From Methyloceanibacter sp. (GTDB lineage: Bacteria; Pseudomonadota; Alphaproteobacteria; Rhizobiales; Methyloligellaceae), in NCBI GenBank assembly GCA_036397315.1, contig DASWJG010000219.1:1-58886 (forward strand): a stretch of 58,886 nt of DNA. The letters run 5' to 3'. The notes beneath the pieces are model-generated. The model worked only from the letters and a program-made list of their open reading frames with translations, ran no database searches and was not told where the DNA came from. Made by a program: the position numbers and the translations under genes. The number at the start of each line of letters is the position of its first letter. The stretch's first letter is position 1. Positions 10,177 through 23,258 of the stretch are shown piece after piece.

Positions 10177-10428
10177 ATGCGCGCTTTCATTGCGGTGAGT
10201 TTGGCCCTGGTCTCTCTTTCGCTCCTCTCGCCCCCTTCCGTATCCCAGGCAATTGCCCAGGACTCCTGCCGCTGCAAAGGCTGCGGCTGCAAGGGCGGCC
10301 CCGGCTGGCGCGGACCCGACGGGTTCTGCGTCTCTCAGGCCAAGCTCGCCGAGGTGTGCGGGTCGCCGGCCGGCACGCCCTGCAAGCAGGAGGCGGCCTC
10401 CCGCGTCTGCTTCGGCAAGCAGTCATAG
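10177..10428 (+). CDS. Small secreted cysteine-rich protein (83 aa, 8 Cys)
   Basis: RBS GAGGGAG upstream; signal peptide ending AIA; mature part QDSCRCKGCGCKGGPGWRGPDGFCV...C...C...C. Confidence 0.8.
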   Translation: MRAFIAVSLALVSLSLLSPPSVSQAIAQDSCRCKGCGCKGGPGWRGPDGFCVSQAKLAEVCGSPAGTPCKQEAASRVCFGKQS

Positions 10429-10439
10429 GGCGTCGGCGT

Positions 10440-10493
10440 CGGCTCCGTCGAGCGGGCGTTGGGTATCAGGCCCTAATCCGCTCGACGAAGCCG
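10440..10493. terminator. Long imperfect hairpin between convergent genes (possible bidirectional terminator)
   Basis: cggct-c-cgtcgagcgg ... ccgctcgacg-a-agccg inverted repeat; no U-tract. Confidence 0.5.
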
Positions 10494-10520
10494 CCTATCA
10501 GTAAATCGCTCTAGACGCGG

Positions 10521-10934
10521 TCAGCAGACCCAGACATAGCTGCAACTCAAGCTGTCGCAGAGATATTCGTAGTGGCAGAAGCCGGCGTAAGTCCGTGAGG
10601 TCGGTTTCGCGCTGCGGTTGGCGGCATAGCCATCAGCCTCAACGACGATGGCATCCACGTCGTAGAACACGGGCTTGCCGCCGTCCGCGCTCGCCTTGGG
10701 GTCGGCCACGGGCGCGTCGATGGCCGCCAGCAATTTCGCCGCGGCCATCAGCATGTCCGGATCCTTGGCGGAGCGGCCGATGATGATGAGCGTGTTGGCG
10801 ACGCCGGCCTTGGTCTGCCCCGCCGCGATCTGGGCGGCACTCATCTTCGCGTCGTCTTCGGCAAAAGATTTCAGAGGGACTACGGCGCTCAACAGCAACG
10901 CTGCAGCGACAAAAGCAATGGACCGTAATTGCAT
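10521..10934 (-). CDS. Hypothetical secreted protein with C-terminal C-x5-C-x4-C-x5-C motif
   Basis: 137 aa; signal peptide ending SFA; RBS GGAG; ends GFCHYEYLCDSLSCSYVWVC. Confidence 0.8.
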   Translation of the reverse strand: MQLRSIAFVAAALLLSAVVPLKSFAEDDAKMSAAQIAAGQTKAGVANTLIIIGRSAKDPDMLMAAAKLLAAIDAPVADPKASADGGKPVFYDVDAIVVEADGYAANRSAKPTSRTYAGFCHYEYLCDSLSCSYVWVC

Positions 10935-11182
10935 GAGGTTTTTCTCCAGGACTGATGCGACAGCTCTTTATCTTCAAGAGCAGAGCAAGCCCCGGAAGGG
11001 AGCCAAGCATGCGGCTAGCCGATGCTACTCTGCTCCCTCTGCTTCCTGCTGCAGGAATGTCAAGTTAACTCTCCAAGCTCCAATTGATTGTGAACCGGGC
11101 GCGGGCCTAAGCTCCGCGCCATGCAGGCCTTCGTCGACACCGTACCGCCGCTCTCCCCTCCTCAAGGCGGAGGGGAGACGCC

Positions 11183-12070
11183 ATGATCCATCAGGCCACC
11201 ATCGAGGCCCAAGCTTTGCCGGCGGAGCGCATCGCGCGTGCGCTCGATGAGGCGCTCGACCCGGCGCCGGTCGCGGTCGGGCTGTTCGATCGGGGAGAGG
11301 GTCGCTTCGAGGTCTTCGCCCACTACGAGGAACCGCCGCGCCACGATGCTCTGCGTGCGCTGATCGCGCAGGCTGCCGGCGGCGATGGTCACGGGCCGCT
11401 CCGCATCGAAGAACTCGCCCCTGAAGATTGGGTCACGCTCTCGCAAGGGAAGCGCGGGAAGGTTGAGGCCGGGCGCTTTGTCGTGCATGGCAGTCACGAC
11501 CGGGGCCGGCTGCCGCGCCGATGTCTTTCCATCGAGGTCGACGCCGGCCAAGCGTTCGGCACCGCGCATCATGCCAGCACGCGCGGCTGCCTGCTGGCGC
11601 TCGACGAGCAGCTCAAGCGGCGCCGCCCGGGCATCGTCATCGATATCGGCACCGGCACCGGCATCCTCGCCATCGCCGCCGCCAAGGCCCTTAGGCGATG
11701 CGTGACGGCGAGCGACAGCGATCCGTTGGCGACAGCGATCGCAGCCGACAATGCGCGGAAGAACGGCGTCGGGCCCCTGGTCAGGGTGCTTAAGGCGCGA
11801 GGATTTGGGCATCCCCTCCTCGACCGCGTGCAGGCCGACCTCGTGCTCGCCAACCTGCTCGAGCGCGCCTTGCACGATCTCGCGCCCATCTTCGCGGAGC
11901 ATGTCGTTCCGGGCGGCACCGCCATCCTGTCCGGCCTCACCGAAACTCAGGCGCGTGGAACCGAAGCACGCTACCGCGCTTATGGTTTCACCATGAAAAG
12001 CCGAATCGTTCTCGATGGATGGACGACCTTGGTCATAACCCGTCGCAGCGCGCGGACCACGCGCGATTGA
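11183..12070 (+). CDS. prmA: 50S ribosomal protein L11 methyltransferase
   Basis: AGRFVVHGSHD, DAGQAFGTAHHASTRGCL, IDIGTGTGILAIAAAK and LVLANL motifs; lies upstream of aminopeptidase P. Confidence 0.92.
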   Translation: MIHQATIEAQALPAERIARALDEALDPAPVAVGLFDRGEGRFEVFAHYEEPPRHDALRALIAQAAGGDGHGPLRIEELAPEDWVTLSQGKRGKVEAGRFVVHGSHDRGRLPRRCLSIEVDAGQAFGTAHHASTRGCLLALDEQLKRRRPGIVIDIGTGTGILAIAAAKALRRCVTASDSDPLATAIAADNARKNGVGPLVRVLKARGFGHPLLDRVQADLVLANLLERALHDLAPIFAEHVVPGGTAILSGLTETQARGTEARYRAYGFTMKSRIVLDGWTTLVITRRSARTTRD

Positions 12071-12104
12071 TCGCAACAGAGCTTTCCGCTTACAAAGGCC
12101 GACC

Positions 12105-13922
12105 ATGTATCAAATGTTCGACGATTTCAGTTCACCGGCCGACAGCGGCGAGCGGGTCAAGGCGTTGCAGAGGGAACTGAAGTCGCGAAAGCTCAAGGGC
12201 TTTCTCGTTCCCCATAGCGACGAGCACCAGGACGAGTTCCTGTCCCCTCCCGCAGAGCGCTTGGCGTGGCTCACCGGCTTCACCGGGTCGGCCGGCGTGG
12301 CCATCGTGCTGGAGAAGGCGGCGGCGCTCTTCGTTGACGGGCGCTACATCCTCCAGGCCCGCGCGCAAACCGACGCGACGCTGTTCGAGGCGCTGCAGAC
12401 GCCGGAGGCCAAGGCTTCGAGCTGGATGGCCGAGAAGCTCACCAAGGGCGCGGTGGTGGGCTATGACCCCGCATTGCACACGATCAAAGAGATCGAGCGC
12501 CTGACCGAGACGCTTGCCAAGTCGGGCATCAAGCTCGCGCCCGTGGACACCAATCTCATCGACCTCATCTGGCAGGAGCGGCCGAAGCCCTCCCCTGCCC
12601 AGATCGTGCCGCATGGCCTCGAATATTCCGGGCGCAGCGCCCACGACAAGATCCGTGACGTGCAGGCGCTGCTCAAGGATGAGCAGGCCGACGCCGTGCT
12701 CCTCACCCTGCTCGACTCCATCGCCTGGCTGTTCAATATCAGGGGCGGCGACATCAGACATACGCCGGTCGCGCTCGCCTTCGCCATCGTGCCGGCCAGC
12801 GGCAAGCCGACGCTGTTCATCGACCCGGCCAAGGTGGGCGACAATGTGAAGGGAGAGCTCCGCGAACTCGCCGATCTCGCCGAGCCGGGCGCGCTCATGG
12901 ACAGGTTCAAGGCGCTCGGGCAGGCGCGCGCCCGCGTCAGGTTGGATCCCGAGACGGCGCCGATCCGGTTTGCCCAGGTGCTTCAGGCGGAGGGCGCCAA
13001 ATTCGTGCCCGGCCAAGACCCCTGCATCCACCCCAAGGCCATCAAGAACGCGGTCGAGATCAAGGGCGCGCACGCCGCGCATTTGCGCGATGGCGTGGCC
13101 ATGGCGCGCTTCCTCGCCTGGCTCGATGAGGTCGCCGAGTCGGGCAAGATCGACGAGATCGCGGCGGCGGTGAAGCTCGAAGCCTGCCGTCGCGAGTCGG
13201 GTCAGCTGAGGGATATCAGCTTCGACACGATCTCGGCGGCGGGGCCCAACGGCGCCATCGTCCACTACCGGCCGACGACCAAGGGCAAACGCATGCTGCA
13301 AGCGGGCACGCTCTATCTCATCGATTCGGGGGCCCAATATCGCGAGGGGACCACCGACGTGACCCGCACCGTCGCCGTGGGCACGCCGACGGCGGAGATG
13401 CGGCGGCACTATGGGCTGGTGCTGAAGGCGCATATCGCCGTCGCCGCGGCGCGTTTCCCCAAGGGCACGCGCGGCCAGGACCTCGACCCGTTCGCGCGGA
13501 GGCCGCTATGGGAGGCAGGACTCGATTTCGATCATGGCACCGGCCACGGGGTCGGAAGCTATCTCTCGGTGCATGAGGGACCACAGCGCCTGGCGCGGTT
13601 CGGCACCGTCGAACTCGAACCCGGCATGATTCTCTCCAATGAGCCGGGCTATTATCGCGAAGGCCATTACGGCATCAGGCTGGAGAATCTCGTGCTGGTG
13701 ACGCCGCCCGAACCAGTCCCAGGAGGCACGCGGGAGATGATGGGGTTCGAGACGCTGACGCTCGTGCCGTTCGACCGGCGGCTCATCGATCCCAGGCAGC
13801 TCCTGCCCTACGAGCTGGCCTGGCTCAACGCCTATCACGCGCGCATCAGGCGGGAGATCGAGCCCATTCTCCTCAGCGACGACAGGGCTTGGCTCCGCCA
13901 CGCCACGGCCCCGATCGGGTAG
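12105..13922 (+). CDS. Xaa-Pro aminopeptidase (aminopeptidase P, M24 family)
   Basis: LTGFTGSAG, DSGAQYREGTTDVTRT, HGTGHGVGSYLSVHEGPQ and SNEPGYY...GIRLENL motifs. Confidence 0.95.
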   Translation: MYQMFDDFSSPADSGERVKALQRELKSRKLKGFLVPHSDEHQDEFLSPPAERLAWLTGFTGSAGVAIVLEKAAALFVDGRYILQARAQTDATLFEALQTPEAKASSWMAEKLTKGAVVGYDPALHTIKEIERLTETLAKSGIKLAPVDTNLIDLIWQERPKPSPAQIVPHGLEYSGRSAHDKIRDVQALLKDEQADAVLLTLLDSIAWLFNIRGGDIRHTPVALAFAIVPASGKPTLFIDPAKVGDNVKGELRELADLAEPGALMDRFKALGQARARVRLDPETAPIRFAQVLQAEGAKFVPGQDPCIHPKAIKNAVEIKGAHAAHLRDGVAMARFLAWLDEVAESGKIDEIAAAVKLEACRRESGQLRDISFDTISAAGPNGAIVHYRPTTKGKRMLQAGTLYLIDSGAQYREGTTDVTRTVAVGTPTAEMRRHYGLVLKAHIAVAAARFPKGTRGQDLDPFARRPLWEAGLDFDHGTGHGVGSYLSVHEGPQRLARFGTVELEPGMILSNEPGYYREGHYGIRLENLVLVTPPEPVPGGTREMMGFETLTLVPFDRRLIDPRQLLPYELAWLNAYHARIRREIEPILLSDDRAWLRHATAPIG

Positions 13923-13924
13923 AC

Positions 13925-14179
13925 ATGGCGATAGAGATTCTGGTTTCGAGCATTGCCGCGACGCTGACCACCGCGGCCTTCGTGCCTCAGGCGCTGCACA
14001 TCATCCGCCACAAGGAGACGCGGGCGATCTCGCTCCATATGTATGTGGTGTTCGCCACCGGCGTCGCGTTCTGGCTGCTGTTCGGCGTCTTGATCGGAAA
14101 TCTGCCGATCATCATTTCCAACGCCATCACGCTCGGCCTCGCGCTCGCCATCATCGGGATGAAGCTCAACTACGGGTGA
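13925..14179 (+). CDS. SemiSWEET family sugar transporter
   Basis: 84 aa, 3 TM helices; TTAAFVPQ (PQ loop), TRAISL and WLLFG...PIIISN. Confidence 0.92.
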   Translation: MAIEILVSSIAATLTTAAFVPQALHIIRHKETRAISLHMYVVFATGVAFWLLFGVLIGNLPIIISNAITLGLALAIIGMKLNYG

Positions 14180-14183
14180 GCAA

Positions 14184-15131
14184 TCATCGCGTCGCGGCTC
14201 GCTTCGGCAGGCGAAGCAGAGAAGAAATATCGAGATCGCGGGCGTGGTCTTCGTCGAGACACTTCGTTTCGATCTGGATGGTCGAAAAATAGAACCCGAA
14301 CTTCTCGCGTAGGAGGGCATGCGCCTGGCGGAGCACCGAGGCGGCATTCTTCGCCGCATCTATCCGCAGATGGGCGGAGAAGACATGCTTGTTCGAGGTG
14401 AGCGTCCAGGCGTGAATGTGATGTGCGCCGGTCACGTGCGGAAGTTGGTCTAGCGCCCGTGCTACCACCAGAAGATCGATCCCCTTCGGCGCGCCCTCCA
14501 TCAGAATGAACAGGGAATCGCGGATGATCCCCCAAGAGGCGACCAGTAGCACCACGCCGAAAGCCATGCCGAGCAGCGGATCGATGGCAAAGAATCCGGT
14601 GAAATAGATCACGGCGGCAGCGATGATGATGAGAATGCTGCCGACGAAGGTCTGCATGACGTGCCAGAAGGCACCACGCAGGTTGAGGTCGCCCTTCTGG
14701 CCGCCATACAGCAGCCGGAGGGAGATAACTTCCGTGACGATGCCGCCGGCGGCGGCAATCAGCATGGGCGTCGTGGGCAGCTCGATAGGATGCCTGAGCC
14801 GCATTGCACCCATGACCAGGACCAGGACCGCCATGGCGGCGAGAAACACGCCGTTCAGGAGCGCGCCGATGATCTCGGCGCGATAATGGCCGAAGGTGCG
14901 ATCAAGATCGGCCGGCCGGCGGGCGATGCGGGCCGCGACAAAGGCGAGAACCACTCCACCCACAGCCGAAAACGTGTGAAAGGCGTCGGAGATGACGGCG
15001 ATGGAGCCGGAGTAGATGCCAATGCCAAGCTCGATGAGAAAGTAGATGCCGGTGAGCCACGCCGAAATCTTCAGCGCGCGCTCGTTGCTTGCTCCCGGTT
15101 TCGGCATGGCGTGGGCCGAATGATCGACCAT
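14184..15131 (-). CDS. Cation diffusion facilitator family transporter (ZitB/CzcD-like)
   Basis: SIAVISDAFHTFS, TFGHYRAEIIGAL, NLRGAFWHV, HHIHAWTLT and STIQIE motifs; RBS GGGAG before ATG 15131. Confidence 0.92.
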   Translation of the reverse strand: MVDHSAHAMPKPGASNERALKISAWLTGIYFLIELGIGIYSGSIAVISDAFHTFSAVGGVVLAFVAARIARRPADLDRTFGHYRAEIIGALLNGVFLAAMAVLVLVMGAMRLRHPIELPTTPMLIAAAGGIVTEVISLRLLYGGQKGDLNLRGAFWHVMQTFVGSILIIIAAAVIYFTGFFAIDPLLGMAFGVVLLVASWGIIRDSLFILMEGAPKGIDLLVVARALDQLPHVTGAHHIHAWTLTSNKHVFSAHLRIDAAKNAASVLRQAHALLREKFGFYFSTIQIETKCLDEDHARDLDISSLLRLPKRAATR

Positions 15132-15163
15132 GAGTCGCTCCCTGTCCTGTTCCACCGGCTCTT

Positions 15164-19001
<3,838 letters not shown>

Positions 19002-19011
19002 GGCGTGTGGG

Positions 19012-19914
19012 TCAGGCCGGCTTGCCGTCGCCCTTCCAGGTCTGTGTGATCCAAGACCCTTCGTGCTCTTGCGGCTGGAGGCCGCTTTTTCCCAAGAGCC
19101 CGTAAGCGTGGCTGTACCACTTGCCGTCCGGAAAGTTATGGCCGAGCACGGCAGCCGCCGTCTGGGCCTCGTTGACGATCCCTAACGCCATATAGGCCTC
19201 GGTCAGGCGCATCAAGGCCTCTTCCACCTGCTCCGTAGTCTGGTAGTCGGTGACCACGGTGCGAAAGCGGTTGATGGCCGCGAGATAGTTGTTATGGCGG
19301 AGATACCAGCGCCCGACCGTCATCTCGCTCGCCGCCAACAGATCGCGCAGGATGCGCGTCCGGTTCCGCGCGTCGGCTGCGTAACGCGAATCGGGATAGC
19401 GCTGCAGCAGCGTATCGTAGGCCACCAGCGCCTTGCGGGCGTTCGTCTGATCACGCTTCGGATCGAGCACCCGGTCGTAATAGGACATGCCGATGATGTT
19501 CTGGGCGAGGTCCGATTCCTGGGTGCCGGGGTGAAGGGTGAGATAGCGGTCGGCCGACACGATCGCATCGTCATATTTGCCGGCCTTGTAATAGGCATAG
19601 GAGGCCATGAGGATGGCCCGGCGCGCCTCCTGCGAATAGGGGTGATTGATGTCGACCTCTTCGTACGCCCGGGCGGCGTCGGCGTATTTGCCTTTATCGA
19701 CGAGCTGTTCGGCCTTGCCGTAAATGACATTCGGCGGATCGTTGTTCTCCACCGCTTCCGTCTTGTTGCCGCCGAACCAGGCGAAAGAGCCGCAGCCGGC
19801 AAGGAGGCTCGCCGAAAGAACGAGGCATGCGATTCTTGCGGGCAATGCCGGCAGGCCGCGGCGCGGCGCCTTATGGCGCGCCCGCGCTCTTTGCCGCTCA
19901 ACCCGTCCGGTCAT
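19012..19914 (-). CDS. bamD: Outer membrane protein assembly factor BamD (lipoprotein)
   Basis: LLAGC lipobox, TPR pattern, RDQTNARKA, AAINRFRTVV and EAQTAAAVLGHNFP; lies between lpxC and recN. Confidence 0.95.
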   Translation of the reverse strand: MTGRVERQRARARHKAPRRGLPALPARIACLVLSASLLAGCGSFAWFGGNKTEAVENNDPPNVIYGKAEQLVDKGKYADAARAYEEVDINHPYSQEARRAILMASYAYYKAGKYDDAIVSADRYLTLHPGTQESDLAQNIIGMSYYDRVLDPKRDQTNARKALVAYDTLLQRYPDSRYAADARNRTRILRDLLAASEMTVGRWYLRHNNYLAAINRFRTVVTDYQTTEQVEEALMRLTEAYMALGIVNEAQTAAAVLGHNFPDGKWYSHAYGLLGKSGLQPQEHEGSWITQTWKGDGKPA

Positions 19915-20178
19915 GCTATCCCTCAAAGACCGTCCCCCTCGCGCGAAAGGCGCGGATATGCGAGCCGCCGGACGGCCGCTCGGCCCAAGGCTAGCGCAGC
20001 TACCCCCAACCAACTAGCGGATTATGGTGTTTTTTTGCCCAGTCCCCTGCCCGGGACACCCTTGGCACGCCAAGGCGCGGGGCTCGCGAGGGGCGCGTAA
20101 CAGCCTCGCGCGCCGGCGCTAAGGCGCACGCGCCGAAGCATGATGACAGGACGAAGGGCCTACCGGCCGGCTTTCCGT

Positions 20179-21129
20179 TCAGCTCCGCTCAGCGGCAAAA
20201 TTCGCTGCCGCAAGACGGTGGCTGAGTTCGGCATGGCGAACCTCGCGATAGCGCGGGGCTTCGATCATGGTCCAGGCATCGGCATCGGCGAACAGAGCCT
20301 TGAGCACCAGCGCGTTCAGCCGATGGCCGCCGCGGTGGGAGCGGAACGTGCCGAGAATGGGCGCCCCGGCCAGAGCGAGATCGCCGACCGCGTCGAGTGC
20401 CTTGTGGCGCACGAACTCGTCGGAGAAGCGAAGCCCCTCGCGGTTGATGATGCGGTCGTCGCCGATGGCGACGGTGTTCTCGAGGGAAGCGCCGAGGGCG
20501 AGCCCAGCTGCCCACAGCCGCTCGACGTCCCTCATGAAGCCGAAGGTGCGGGCCCGGGCCAGCTCGCGGCGGAAGGAGCCGGGGTTCAGGTCGATCTCGA
20601 TCCTCTGAGTTCCGATCAGCGGGGTGTCGAAGTCGATCTCGACATCGAGATGAAAGCCGTTATGCGGGGCAAGCTCGCCATAGGCGCCGGCGTCTTCGAC
20701 CGACACCCGCTTCAGCACCTTGAGGAAACGGCGCGGAGCATCGAGCTCGGCAAGACCGACCTCGTCGATCGCCTCGACAAAGCGCGACGCGCTGCCGTCC
20801 ATGATCGGTACTTCGGGGCTGTCAATCTCGATCAGGGCGTTGTCGACGCCAAGACCGCGCAGAGCTGCGAGCAGATGCTCGACCGTCGCGACAGAGGCGC
20901 CATTGCCGTCACCAACGATGGTACAGAGCGTTACGCCGGTGACCGAGCGCTGGTCGGCTACGATCTCGGTGCCTTCGGGATGACCATTGGAAAGGAGAAA
21001 ACGGATGCCGGTATCGCCATCAGCCGGACAAAGTGCGATGGAAACTGGCGCTCCGCTGTGAACCCCCGTGCCGGTAAGTGAAATCTCGCTGGCAAGCGTG
21101 GTTTGGCGTGCCCCTATGAAACCCTTCAT
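20179..21129 (-). CDS. lpxC: UDP-3-O-acyl-N-acetylglucosamine deacetylase
   Basis: GTGVHSG, TVEHLLAAL, EVPIMDGS, ARARTFGF and HKALDAVGDL motifs. Confidence 0.97.
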   Translation of the reverse strand: MKGFIGARQTTLASEISLTGTGVHSGAPVSIALCPADGDTGIRFLLSNGHPEGTEIVADQRSVTGVTLCTIVGDGNGASVATVEHLLAALRGLGVDNALIEIDSPEVPIMDGSASRFVEAIDEVGLAELDAPRRFLKVLKRVSVEDAGAYGELAPHNGFHLDVEIDFDTPLIGTQRIEIDLNPGSFRRELARARTFGFMRDVERLWAAGLALGASLENTVAIGDDRIINREGLRFSDEFVRHKALDAVGDLALAGAPILGTFRSHRGGHRLNALVLKALFADADAWTMIEAPRYREVRHAELSHRLAAANFAAERS

Positions 21130-21434
21130 GGCCCCCGTCGGCCCCCGCGCCGTCTTTTGAGTTCCCTACTTAGCTCGAGGAGAACCCCGAGCCCCCCAAT
21201 TGATCTGCGCTTCCTGGCACTTTAGACCGGACCTTTATCAGTCCTTGGCTTGTGCCTTTTTGGTCCTGCCGATCAATCTATGAAGAAGCTTAACGCTCGG
21301 ACTCGGGGGCGACAAATCACGGTTTCTTTCACTGTATTACCGGCCGGACGGTCTTATAAGTCAATGATATAACTACAGTTTTCTCGTTCGTCGGTGGTCT
21401 GACGAGTGCCCTGGTTAACACCCCGACCTTCTTC

Positions 21435-23183
21435 TCAATTGGCCCGTCGGCGGAGAAAGGCGGGAATCTCGAGGTCATCCTCGGCAAATGATTCGGGCGC
21501 TGTTGCCGCCATCTCGACCGCGAGCGGCCGGGCTTGCGCTTCGACCCGTTTTGGCATGGCGACGGGCGCTTGCTCGTTGCGAGGCCGCTCGATCCTGATG
21601 CCCTTTTGCGCCATGGGCTGACCTAGAGGCTGGGGCCTCGGGGCCTGGGTCCTAGGTGCCTCTGGCATCTGCGGGGCTAACCGCTGGCCGAATTCGGGCT
21701 CGCGCTTAGCCGGCATCTCGGCATCGGGCTCCTTGCGGGACCGGCCGACATTGGCGAGGCGCTCGAGGAAGCCCACCTTCTTCTTCTGGGCGGCAAGACC
21801 GACCACGGGCGCTTGGCCGGCTTGGGCCTTGATCTCGTTCTGGGCCACTACCGGCAGTTCTTCCATGCTCGGCATGCGGCGCACCGGACGTCTGACGGCG
21901 GTGGGCGGCGCGGGCTGGAAGGACCGCGACGGCGCTTGCGGCGCTTGTTTCGATTGGGAGGCGCCAAGCGGCAGGCCGATTCCAGTCAACTGCGCCGGAC
22001 GCTTCTCGATCGTCACATTGCCAGGAGCGTGCCAGACCGACGGCTCTTTCACGACCTCGCTTTGGGCGAGAACGAGGCTCGGCTCGTCGAGATCGACCGG
22101 GCTCGCGGGCAGCGCGGCGAGGCCGGCAAGGCGCTCGCTGAGCCTGCTTCTCTCTTGCGTGACGGCGCCCCGCGGCGCTTCGTAGACGGGCCCTACCGCC
22201 ACCGGCGCGGCATGGCCAATGCCGGTCGCCACCACCGACACGCGGATCGACCCGTCGAGTTCGTCGTCGTAGGTCGCACCCACAATGATGTTGGCGTCGG
22301 GATCGGCTTCGGCCCTGATGCGGCTCGCCGCCTCGTCGACCTCGTAGAGGGTAAGGTCGTTGCCGCCGGTGATGGACACGAGCAGCCCGCTCGCGCCTTT
22401 CATGCACACATCGTCGAGCAGCGGATTGGAGATAGCGGCCTCTGCCGCTTCGATGGCCCTGCGGTCGCCGCTCGACTCGCCCGTACCCATCATCGCCTTG
22501 CCCATGCCGGCCATGATGGTGCGGACATCGGCGAAGTCGAGATTGATCAGGCCTTCCTTCACCATGAGGTCGGTAATGCAAGAGACGCCGGCGCGCAGCA
22601 CATCGTCGGCCATTGCGAAGGCGTCGGTGAAGGTGGTCTTCTCGTTGGCGACGCGGAACAGGTTCTGGTTCGGAATGATGAGGAGCGTATCGACATATTT
22701 CTGCAGCTCATCGATGCCGGTCTCAGCCGCACGCAGGCGCCGCGAGCCTTCGAACTGGAAAGGCTTGGTAACGACGCCGACGGTCAAGATGCCTTCCTCG
22801 CGGGAGGCACGCGCTATCACGGGTGCAGCGCCCGTTCCCGTGCCGCCGCCCATGCCGGCGGTGATGAACGCCATGTGGCAGCCGACGAGATGGGCCTTGA
22901 TATCGGCCATGGCCTCTTCGGCGGCGGCGGCGCCCACTTCGGGCTTCGATCCGGCGCCGAGGCCTTCGGTGACGTTCGCCCCCATCTGAATGCGGCGCTC
23001 GGCGGTCGAACTCGCCAAGGCTTGCGCGTCGGTGTTGGCGACCACGAACTCGACGCCCTTCAGACCGCATTCGATCATGTTGTTGACGGCGTTGCCGCCG
23101 GCGCCGCCGACACCGAACACGGTGATGCGCGGCTTGAGTTCGGTCAGATCAGGAACTCTGAGGTTGATGGTCATGGCAGTCAT
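21435..23183 (-). CDS. ftsZ: Cell division protein FtsZ (start 23183 or 23174)
   Basis: [23 protein letters not shown] tubulin signature, long linker and C-terminal LEIPAFLRR peptide. Confidence 0.98.
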   Translation of the reverse strand: MTAMTINLRVPDLTELKPRITVFGVGGAGGNAVNNMIECGLKGVEFVVANTDAQALASSTAERRIQMGANVTEGLGAGSKPEVGAAAAEEAMADIKAHLVGCHMAFITAGMGGGTGTGAAPVIARASREEGILTVGVVTKPFQFEGSRRLRAAETGIDELQKYVDTLLIIPNQNLFRVANEKTTFTDAFAMADDVLRAGVSCITDLMVKEGLINLDFADVRTIMAGMGKAMMGTGESSGDRRAIEAAEAAISNPLLDDVCMKGASGLLVSITGGNDLTLYEVDEAASRIRAEADPDANIIVGATYDDELDGSIRVSVVATGIGHAAPVAVGPVYEAPRGAVTQERSRLSERLAGLAALPASPVDLDEPSLVLAQSEVVKEPSVWHAPGNVTIEKRPAQLTGIGLPLGASQSKQAPQAPSRSFQPAPPTAVRRPVRRMPSMEELPVVAQNEIKAQAGQAPVVGLAAQKKKVGFLERLANVGRSRKEPDAEMPAKREPEFGQRLAPQMPEAPRTQAPRPQPLGQPMAQKGIRIERPRNEQAPVAMPKRVEAQARPLAVEMAATAPESFAEDDLEIPAFLRRRAN

Positions 23184-23258
23184 CCGATCCTTCATTGCCC
23201 TTGCTCCGGCTCTCTTAGGCGCTTCCCCGCGACGCGCTTTCAGAGCCCTCGTTAGCGA

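Noticed and set aside
10177-10934. The Cys-rich peptides as a RiPP (lanthipeptide or ranthipeptide) cluster
   Set aside because: No radical SAM, LanM/LanBC, YcaO or peptidase-transporter genes nearby; Sec-type signal peptides point to disulfide formation instead
21435-22200. Long Pro/Ala-rich C-terminal region of FtsZ
   Set aside because: A long disordered linker is normal for alphaproteobacterial FtsZ
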